DNA of 64,000 nt from Spirochaetales bacterium. GTDB taxonomy: Bacteria > Spirochaetota > Spirochaetia > JABEVK01. The translations under genes and the position numbers were made by a program. The DNA is taken from positions 80,150 through 144,149 of the forward strand of contig JBAXAI010000007.1 of assembly GCA_037142615.1 (NCBI GenBank). The letters are read 5' to 3'. Each line of letters opens with the position of its first letter. Position 1 is the stretch's first letter. The notes beneath the pieces are model-generated. The model saw only the letters and a program-made list of their open reading frames with translations, did no database searches and was not told where the DNA came from. Below, piece after piece: positions 56,741 to 64,000 of the stretch.

Positions 56741-57703
56741 ATCGACAGCAATCCTGACGACCAGAAACGTCTAGAGGACCTTCAAGCCGAACTGTCTGAC
56801 CTTCAGATGCTCTACGAGAACAATCTTGACCACAGCTCCTCGCTCGAAAACGAGCTGATCGACAAGAACCGGGCCATGGAAGAACTCCGAGACAAGATGA
56901 AGAAGTACCTGTCGCCGCAGTTGTACCAGGCTTTGCTGGGAGGCACGACATCGGCCGATACCCACGTGCACTCACGCAAGAAACTGGTCATCTACTTCTC
57001 TGATGTCGTCGGCTTCTCCGACCTAACCGACACGATTGAACCCGAGCTCCTGTCCGATATTCTCAATTCCTACCTGACCCGTATGTCCGAGATCGCACTC
57101 AAGTATGGCGGCACGGTGGATAAGTTCATCGGAGACGCCGTCATGGTGTTTTTTGGTGATCCGGAAGCCACCGACGACACCACGCACGTGCGTCAATGCG
57201 TGGGCATGGCACTCGAAATGCGCGAGCAGCTGTTTGTGCTTCGTGAAGCCTGGAGAACAAAAGGTATTGACCGGACCATTCAAGTTCGGGCGGGCATCAA
57301 CATCGGCTACTGCACGGTGGGCAATTTTGGCAGTGACTACCGCATGGACTACACCATCATCGGGGGCCAGGTAAACACGGCGGCGCGCCTTCAGTCTGCG
57401 GCAAAACCCGACAGCATCTACATTTCGGCTGCCGCATCGTCCCTGGTGGAGGATTTTGCCGAACTTCGGTTCGTCGGTCCGCTCAGTCTCAAAGGCATTC
57501 ACACCCCGGTCGAAGTGTTCGAGGTTCTCCGGCTCAAACAGTCCCACGAAGAGGTGGGTCGGCCTTCACTGGCTCAACTCCACGGGCGGAGGCTTCGCAT
57601 CAGCAGCATCGATCTCGATTTGGCCGACGCGAGCGATGAAGAGATCCACGACCTACAGCGGGCCCTCAGTCAGGTTCTGGTCGGACTCAGCACGCGCAAA
57701 TGA
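56741..57703 (+). CDS. Soluble class III adenylate cyclase with N-terminal coiled coil (start ATC 56741 or ATG 56807)
   Basis: All catalytic residues present: FSDVVGF, DKFIGDA, YTIIGGQVNTAARL, LKG. Confidence 0.9.
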   Translation: MDSNPDDQKRLEDLQAELSDLQMLYENNLDHSSSLENELIDKNRAMEELRDKMKKYLSPQLYQALLGGTTSADTHVHSRKKLVIYFSDVVGFSDLTDTIEPELLSDILNSYLTRMSEIALKYGGTVDKFIGDAVMVFFGDPEATDDTTHVRQCVGMALEMREQLFVLREAWRTKGIDRTIQVRAGINIGYCTVGNFGSDYRMDYTIIGGQVNTAARLQSAAKPDSIYISAAASSLVEDFAELRFVGPLSLKGIHTPVEVFEVLRLKQSHEEVGRPSLAQLHGRRLRISSIDLDLADASDEEIHDLQRALSQVLVGLSTRK

Positions 57704-57740
57704 ACCGGAGTTGCTTTCTTCCGTGAGGCCTTCGGGGGGC

Positions 57741-59066
57741 TCAGGTCCACTGGTAGTATTGGATGCGGAGCGGAAGAACGGAAGAAACCTGAAAGTTGAT
57801 CTTGACGGTGTCATGACTGAGTTGGCCCCGAACGACCAACCGGGCTTCGGCTCCGGAGATCCCTTCGAATCCCGCTGCTGTCAATCGACCGTGGCGACGG
57901 ACTAACTCCGAAGCTTTGGCAGACCTGACTTCGAAAGATTCGTCGGGCAAGACGTTCTCGGCGAACAGTAAATCCGCGGCGCCCGGGGAAAAGTCAGCCA
58001 GCAGGTCGAGCAAGGCGAGTCCGATTCGGCGCAACTCCTCGGGAACCTCGGGTGCAGGCGTCGCAAGCTGGCCATGCGCGTGCAGAAGTTCGAGCGCGGC
58101 CACGGTGGCGTCGCCCATTCGGGCATAGGTGCTGTCGGCCAGGGCAACCACGCCCACGCCGCTACCGGGCACCCAGCGCATGCTGCAACCCCAACCCGGA
58201 AGGCCCCCACTGTGGGCGGTCACCGGTCCGATCGCGTCATGATGCAGCGCGATCAACCCCATGCCGTAGGCGCCCTGAAACACCCATCGTCGGCCGTCCA
58301 GCATAGTGACCGGCTCGGGTGGAAAGGGGGTTGCACCCTGCTGCATTTCGCGCCGTGTCGACCGCCTGTGAGGAAGTCCGTCTTCGCCGGCTCGAGACGG
58401 CCAGGCAGCGGAGAAAAAACCGATCCAGCGAGCGAGATCCTCGACCGTGGAGTGAAGGCCACCCAACGGAGCAAGAGCACTGTTCGAGTAATCTTCGTTC
58501 AACCGCCATGAAGTCGAGTCCATTCCGAGGGGGCCCAGGAACTCTTCGGTAACTTGCCGTTGCAACGAACGGCCACCGACGCGATGAGCGATTCGGCCCA
58601 GCACGGCGTAGGCAAGGTTGGAATACTGGAGGGGTGCGCCGGGAACAGTGGCGAACACGGCGCCCCGACTCAACAGCAGGTCGAGTTCGCCGTTGTCCAA
58701 GCCCATGTGCCGGTCTGCCCACGGGTCGTCGGTAGCAAGTCCTGACGCTTGAGTCAGCAAGTGGCGAATCGTCAGCGGAGGCGAATCATCGGGCCCGGTC
58801 AGCGTCGCCAGCTCCGGCGCGTAGCGCACCAGCGGATCATCGAGACGCAGCTGACCGGAATCACGGAGTCGGAGGACGGCCGAAGCGGTGAAACTCTTGG
58901 TCATCGAAGCAATGCCAAAACGTGTCGTGGCGTCGGCGGCATGGCCACCGCTGGCAACAAGCACACCCTTGTTGACAACGCCCCAAGACAGGTGTGCTGA
59001 ACGATTGAGCACACGATGCGCTTCAAAGAGGCAGTCCAGAACCGGCTGAAGTTCCTCGATTGTCAT
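57741..59066 (-). CDS. Serine hydrolase, beta-lactamase (class C/AmpC-like) family
   Basis: IASMTK (SxxK), LLTQASGL, YSN, HSGG; no signal peptide. Confidence 0.9.
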   Translation of the reverse strand: MTIEELQPVLDCLFEAHRVLNRSAHLSWGVVNKGVLVASGGHAADATTRFGIASMTKSFTASAVLRLRDSGQLRLDDPLVRYAPELATLTGPDDSPPLTIRHLLTQASGLATDDPWADRHMGLDNGELDLLLSRGAVFATVPGAPLQYSNLAYAVLGRIAHRVGGRSLQRQVTEEFLGPLGMDSTSWRLNEDYSNSALAPLGGLHSTVEDLARWIGFFSAAWPSRAGEDGLPHRRSTRREMQQGATPFPPEPVTMLDGRRWVFQGAYGMGLIALHHDAIGPVTAHSGGLPGWGCSMRWVPGSGVGVVALADSTYARMGDATVAALELLHAHGQLATPAPEVPEELRRIGLALLDLLADFSPGAADLLFAENVLPDESFEVRSAKASELVRRHGRLTAAGFEGISGAEARLVVRGQLSHDTVKINFQVSSVLPLRIQYYQWT

Positions 59067-59075
59067 GGTCTGCTC

Positions 59076-62000
59076 CTATTCAAACAGTACAATATGCCAA
59101 GGAAAGTAGGTCAGCCGGGCCAGCGGCTCAAAATCACCGCCGTAACGTGACCCAATGGCCGCCAACAGCGCGCCCTCGGGCTGTCCCATCCTGCGGGCGA
59201 AGCCCAGCGTGATCGCCAAGCCCCGAAGGTCGAGGCTGGCGAGAAAACCTTGCTCGGCGCTCCGATAAAGTGCCAAACCGTCGTTGGGCGACTCTGGAGT
59301 CCGCGAACCCAGCCGCGTCAGAGCCAGTCGCGCTCGAACCGAAGGATCCCCGGATTGTTCCACGTAAAGCTCGGCCCGGCCCAAATGTTCTTCTGCACGC
59401 TCAGCATTGCCCAAGGCGGCCCACGTCGCTGCGAGATTGTTCTCGACCCCGGACCTCTCCCAGCCATCGAAGCACAAGACGGCCGCAGCCTGAAACGACA
59501 TCAACGCACCGGCCGCGTCACCCAAAGCCAGGAGAGCGAGTCCGCGATTGTTGTGAGGCGCACCCAGACGGGTCTTTTCTCCCGCTTCCTCCAAAAGACT
59601 CAGCCCCCGTTGCGCCTCTTCGGCGGCTCTTTCGAACTTTCCGGCGATACTCAGCTCGACAGAAAGGTTGACTCTCGCCGAGCCGGCCATCGCCCTCTCT
59701 CCGAGGTCATCGAACAGACGACAGGCCTCGTCAATGAGAGGAACTGCCTCGTCGCCTTCCCGCATCGAACCTGCATTCTTGAGAAGAAAGGCGAGTTCGC
59801 GGGTCCAGCCGCCAGTGCGGAAGGCCGTCATGGCCAGACCAAAATCCTCGGCAGCCTGGGCGTGTCGCCGCAGATAGTAGGCCGTGTAAGAACGTCGCAT
59901 CCGGCAGCGGGCAGCGCCCTTGAGGTCTCCCGCTGCGACATAGCCCTCCAGAGCTCGGTCAAGGGCCTCGAGCGACGGCTCAACCTGATCGAGGAAGTAC
60001 AGGCAAGTAGCCTGAAGTTCGGCGGAAGCAGGCTGCGGGTCAAGCGCCGCGATCCGACCCGCCAACTCAGCGCGCCGAACCGCGAACATCGCTTCGGCGA
60101 TAGGGAGTACGGCGGCCAACCAAAGGGGCGAACTTTCGAGCAGGGCGCGAATTCGGGTGGTCAGGGACTGATCCGTTCCGGAGGGGCTGCGTGCGAGTGC
60201 GCAAGCGACAGGAACGGCCAGCACTTCGACCCGGAGTTCGAGCGCTTGAAAACGGTTCAGGCCCTTTTGGGTGAGCAGGTCAGCGGCCAGACACCAACCC
60301 ACTGCGTTGAGCCCTTCGGGCAGGGGCTTGGGAACCTCAAGCACGGCAAGTACGGGTTCGGCAGACACCCCCGTGAGGTCACGACGATGGAGAAGATCGA
60401 CCAACAGCGCCTCGAGAATGGCCTGATGGGCGAACTGCACGTAGACTTCTCCCTCCTGTTCGGTGCGAACAAGCAGTCCACGATCCAACAGCGTCTCGAT
60501 CGGGTCGAGGTAGGCACAGAGGGCCGCAGGGTTGCCCCCGTAGCGTGCGTTGAAACGTTCCCGCTCGCGCGAGACCCTTTCGGGCGACAACAGGGCAGAC
60601 CCGGTGGCCAAGCATTCGTCGAGTATCGCCTCGAGGACCGAGGGGTCCCGGAGCGTGGCGACCATGGTTCTGGCAAAGGCCGCGTGCAGGCCGGCCTGAT
60701 CGCGGATCTCGGCGGACCGTGCGGGGTCAAGGCGACAGAACAACTGAAGGTGGAGAGGAACCGCCAACAGTTCCTGGAGGTTCGCCTCGAGCGAGTTCCA
60801 AGGCGGGAGAGTTCCCTCCCAGACCGAAGTCTTGACCGTGCCGTAACGTTCGTAGGCCTCGCGCACCTCATCGGCCGAAAAACTCGGCAGGGGACACGCC
60901 GGTTCGCCTTGCGAAGAGTACCAACAGTCCCTGTGCGCCAGAGCCGGGGTAAGCGCTTCGTGCTGGGCCTCATGATCGAGGAGCGACTTCCAGGCTTCCT
61001 CCCGGTAAGTAACAACCAGTCGCACCCAACCCAGGGGTTTGGCCGCTGCGGCAAAGTCGTCCAGCCATGCAAGCAGAAGGCGGGGAACTTCGCTCTCGTT
61101 GGCCGCATCGACCAAGATAATGAGACGGCTTTCGCTCCCGGGTGTACGACGGCTGTGCAAGACGGTCAGGAGCGCCTGCATGGAACCGACGTCGGGAGCA
61201 AGCCCAAAGGCATCACGGAACACCAAAAAGGGATCCGTAGCGCCGGCTTCGCTTGCTCGGAAGCTGTGCCCGGGCACCAGAAGGACAACATCATCGCCGC
61301 CACGGACCAACAATTCGTCGGAGCAACGGCACAAGAGACTCGACTTGCCGGTGCCGGTGGTTCCGGTCAAGAGAATCGCTGGTTTTTCCCGCTGCTCCAA
61401 GAAGCGCTCGAGCAGTCCATCGGCACCTTTTCGCGGTTGGTAGACTTGGGGAAGGTACTTCGTGCCCGTCATTTCCGACAACCTCGTGCTGGTCCAGAAG
61501 CCTGCGAGCGCTGCCAGGCCGGGAACACCGACCTCTTCCAACTTAAGGCGCAGATCGACGTTTTTCTGTGCCAGAAGAGTTTCGTAGTACGAGAAGTCGC
61601 TCTCAGAATCCTCTCGCGCTGTCACACCCACGTAGGCGATGCGCTTTCGGTTGTAGCCGTCAAAAAGCAACAAGGGCTCCCCTGCCCCGAGGCCCTGAGC
61701 CCCATGACCGACAAACAGCGGGTACAGGGGCCAGTCCCCGACCGAGGTTCGCAGAAAAAGAGCTGACCGGCCTGGGTCGGACGAATAGGGAGCCAGCAGA
61801 GGCGTCGCTGGTACCAAGGTCGGAGTGGTGCCGCGAAGCAAGATGTACTGCGCCGGGTCGGAATCGTCCAAGAAACTGAGGTCACTTTCTTCGGGCGGAT
61901 CCAACCTTTGGAAAAGCGAACATTCACTCAAGAAAGTAGAGCCAGCGAGCAGCGCCCGAAACGCCTCGAGGTAATGGGGGGTCACTTCCTCCAGACTTTC

Positions 62001-62432
62001 GTTGGACAGGGGCACCGAATGACCCCAGAGGCGGTTGCGGACCTCCCTCAGGAACTCCAGAGGGTGTTGGGTCTCCCCGCCAGAGGTTTGACCCGGCCAC
62101 ACCACCGGTACCTTGGGCACCGCCTTCAGGTCTTCCCTAAGGGTGGGAAAACAGGGCGTCAGCCCGCTGGCCGGGAAGTGCTTGACGGCAGTGTTGATCA
62201 CCGTCAACCAGTCGCCAATATGGGGAGTACGGAGCGCCCGAAGCGAGCGTTCCATCGGCGGGATCACCACGTCCTGATGCAGATATTGCGACAGAAGACC
62301 GAGGGACACGACGCGCAGGTACTGGTTGTAGGCAAAAAGCAGATGTTCCAGGCGCCGGAGAGGTCCCTGTGAGGGGTCAAGCGCGATGGCAAGGGGGCAG
62401 GCAATGGGCCAAGGCAATTCATTGGGTTGCAT
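59076..62432 (-). CDS. STAND/NACHT-like NTPase with N-terminal HEPN-like domain and C-terminal TPRs
   Basis: Walker A GTTGTGKS, Walker B LIILVDAANE, LVVTYR, PLHL, FAHQ; TPRs (NNRGLALLALGD, NNLAATWAALGN); N-terminal RNRLWGH. Confidence 0.8.
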   Translation of the reverse strand: MQPNELPWPIACPLAIALDPSQGPLRRLEHLLFAYNQYLRVVSLGLLSQYLHQDVVIPPMERSLRALRTPHIGDWLTVINTAVKHFPASGLTPCFPTLREDLKAVPKVPVVWPGQTSGGETQHPLEFLREVRNRLWGHSVPLSNESLEEVTPHYLEAFRALLAGSTFLSECSLFQRLDPPEESDLSFLDDSDPAQYILLRGTTPTLVPATPLLAPYSSDPGRSALFLRTSVGDWPLYPLFVGHGAQGLGAGEPLLLFDGYNRKRIAYVGVTAREDSESDFSYYETLLAQKNVDLRLKLEEVGVPGLAALAGFWTSTRLSEMTGTKYLPQVYQPRKGADGLLERFLEQREKPAILLTGTTGTGKSSLLCRCSDELLVRGGDDVVLLVPGHSFRASEAGATDPFLVFRDAFGLAPDVGSMQALLTVLHSRRTPGSESRLIILVDAANESEVPRLLLAWLDDFAAAAKPLGWVRLVVTYREEAWKSLLDHEAQHEALTPALAHRDCWYSSQGEPACPLPSFSADEVREAYERYGTVKTSVWEGTLPPWNSLEANLQELLAVPLHLQLFCRLDPARSAEIRDQAGLHAAFARTMVATLRDPSVLEAILDECLATGSALLSPERVSRERERFNARYGGNPAALCAYLDPIETLLDRGLLVRTEQEGEVYVQFAHQAILEALLVDLLHRRDLTGVSAEPVLAVLEVPKPLPEGLNAVGWCLAADLLTQKGLNRFQALELRVEVLAVPVACALARSPSGTDQSLTTRIRALLESSPLWLAAVLPIAEAMFAVRRAELAGRIAALDPQPASAELQATCLYFLDQVEPSLEALDRALEGYVAAGDLKGAARCRMRRSYTAYYLRRHAQAAEDFGLAMTAFRTGGWTRELAFLLKNAGSMREGDEAVPLIDEACRLFDDLGERAMAGSARVNLSVELSIAGKFERAAEEAQRGLSLLEEAGEKTRLGAPHNNRGLALLALGDAAGALMSFQAAAVLCFDGWERSGVENNLAATWAALGNAERAEEHLGRAELYVEQSGDPSVRARLALTRLGSRTPESPNDGLALYRSAEQGFLASLDLRGLAITLGFARRMGQPEGALLAAIGSRYGGDFEPLARLTYFPWHIVLFE

Positions 62433-62575
62433 GGACACCTCCAAGGGAACGGAGTTCGGGCCACCTGACAAGCAAAGGTATACCCCGCGCGAAGGGCTGT
62501 GTCATGGTCGTCCACGCATGACACACACCCGAAAGAATGGACCGTCGGACTACCAGGGTCAAGACGAACCTACCT

Positions 62576-63733
62576 TCAATCTCGGCCGGTCTTGGCGGTG
62601 CCGAGGAGGCGCCGCAACAGCGGTACCTTGAGCTCGACGGCCTTTTCGGGACAGAGCTCCTGACAACAATAGCAACGGATGCACCGGTCGTAGAGGTAGC
62701 TCGGTGGAACCTTGTGGTCGCCTGAGTGCCAGTCCACCGCCTTGGGCGCGACGGGGCAGACTTTGACGCAGGTTCCGCAGCGGGTGCATCTCTCGGCGAC
62801 GATGAAGGGCTTGGGGACCAACGCGTTCTTGGCGGCGCGGAACAGCCCGCCCGTGCGGAAACTCGGCAGCGGTTCGCGCTTGATATCGAAGCTCGGCTGG
62901 GAAAAGGATGCAAACGGGTCACCCAGCAGCTCGATTTCGTCGCGCTCAAGGGTTCCGGCACCGGCCTCGTGAGCGAAGGCTGTGGTGGGCACCAACGCCG
63001 GATCGACATCGAGCAGACGGCACAAGCTGGCGTCGAGGGCCACGGGGTCGGCCGAGAAGGCCAGCAGATTCATCGGCTTGGGGGTACCGCCCCGGGGCCC
63101 GTTGCCCTCCATGGCCAGGATCCCGTCCATTACGTACAAACGGGGCGCCACCCAGCGGTTGAGGTCAACCAGCATGCGGGCAAAGTCGCGGGCGTCGGGC
63201 AATTTGACATGGTATTCCCCCTTGAGCGCCCCCGGCACGCAGCCGAACTGGTTTTTGATCGAGCCCGTGAACTTCAAAAAGCCGTGTGTCTTGAGTTTAG
63301 GGAGCGAAATCACGCCATCGGCCTCGGTCACGCCTTTGGCCACGACGAAACGCTTGTTTTGCAGCCCTTCGGCAAAGTGAACCTCGACCGGGGTGACAAA
63401 GTCGGCCAGTTTGAGGCCCAGTTCGTCGCCAACAGCCAGAAAACCGGTCTTGCGTGCAGCCAGTTCCGGGGCCTGAAAGGCGGGCGAGTCACCATAGGAA
63501 AGCTGAGCACCAGCCTCGAGAAACGCCTGGGCGACGGCGCGGAACACTTCGGGATGCGTGGTAACGGCCTCGTCGGGAGCGGCAGCGGCAAGCCAATTGG
63601 GTTTGAGCAGCAAACGTTCGCCAGGCTTCACGAAGGCCTTGGCGCCCCCCAAAAGCTCCAAGCCCCGGCGGACGGCCCGCGAAACTTCACCGGGCTCGTA
63701 GGATTCGCAGCGGATGAAAACAACTTGGCTCAT
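62576..63733 (-). CDS. DUF362 domain protein with 2x[4Fe-4S] ferredoxin
   Basis: LLKPN, TTHPEV, SLPKLKTH, KNQFG, MEGNGP; CxxCxxCxxxCP twice. Confidence 0.92.
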   Translation of the reverse strand: MSQVVFIRCESYEPGEVSRAVRRGLELLGGAKAFVKPGERLLLKPNWLAAAAPDEAVTTHPEVFRAVAQAFLEAGAQLSYGDSPAFQAPELAARKTGFLAVGDELGLKLADFVTPVEVHFAEGLQNKRFVVAKGVTEADGVISLPKLKTHGFLKFTGSIKNQFGCVPGALKGEYHVKLPDARDFARMLVDLNRWVAPRLYVMDGILAMEGNGPRGGTPKPMNLLAFSADPVALDASLCRLLDVDPALVPTTAFAHEAGAGTLERDEIELLGDPFASFSQPSFDIKREPLPSFRTGGLFRAAKNALVPKPFIVAERCTRCGTCVKVCPVAPKAVDWHSGDHKVPPSYLYDRCIRCYCCQELCPEKAVELKVPLLRRLLGTAKTGRD

Positions 63734-63759
63734 ACCCCATCATAACACGGATGAACCAC

Positions 63760-64000
63760 GGACTTTGGCTTGGCAATGGCCCGATTCGCGAATTGGGCCC
63801 TAAACAGCGTCGAGAGCCCTTTCCACGGCAGAGCCAGGCGACGGCCCTGCGGGCCTTTCGCCTACAGTTTGCGCCGGGCGCAAACTGTCCGTGGGCCAAG
63901 TCTGGACTTTGGCTTGGCAATGGCCCGAGTCGCGAATTGGGCCTCAAACAGCGTCGAGAGCCCTTTCCACGGCAGAGCCAGGCGACGGCCCTGCGGGCCT
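63760..64000. repeat. Tandem 144-bp palindrome-rich repeat (second copy truncated by the window edge)
   Basis: GGACTTTGGCTTGGCAATGGCCCG... starts at 63760 and 63904; 3 mismatches over the 97 shared bases; internal hairpin ACAGTTTGCGCC-G-GGCGCAAACTGT. Confidence 0.9.

Noticed and set aside
63760-64000. Possible CRISPR array
   Set aside because: The whole 144-bp unit is repeated, with no variable spacers and no cas genes in the window.

Overview
High-GC bacterial chromosome, very probably a spirochaete. The evidence is the tRNA His-Arg(UCG)-Lys-Leu-Gly cluster in front of tig-clpP-clpX-lon and the polA-coaE-SPOR-fliS-flgN neighbourhood. Bases 1-5815 are one end of an integrative element inserted at the 3' end of tRNA-Cys. 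It carries a tyrosine integrase, an excisionase, an HTH protein, a possible Rep_trans-like initiator, a lipoprotein, an XRE regulator, an SSB-like gene and a Gam/Gp157-like gene, and it runs off the left edge of the window. Housekeeping genes follow: a hisD-like gene, folC, a pyrF-pyrE fusion and tRNA-Pro. Next come two large surface proteins, a chemosensory cluster whose CheA carries a MshEN-like insert, polA, flagellar chaperones and the protease/tRNA block. The most interesting region is 45.1-57.7 kb. It holds two adjacent membrane class III cyclase paralogues that have lost complementary halves of the active site (candidate obligate heterodimeric adenylate cyclase) and an orphan solute-binding lipoprotein. 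It also holds a SiaABCD-like partner-switching operon with a degenerate kinase/STAS-methyltransferase pair and an intact adenylate cyclase as output. A HEPN-like/STAND-NTPase/TPR protein (candidate anti-phage sensor), a DUF362 gene and a 144-bp palindromic tandem repeat end the window. All calls come from reading motifs by eye; no database searches were run.
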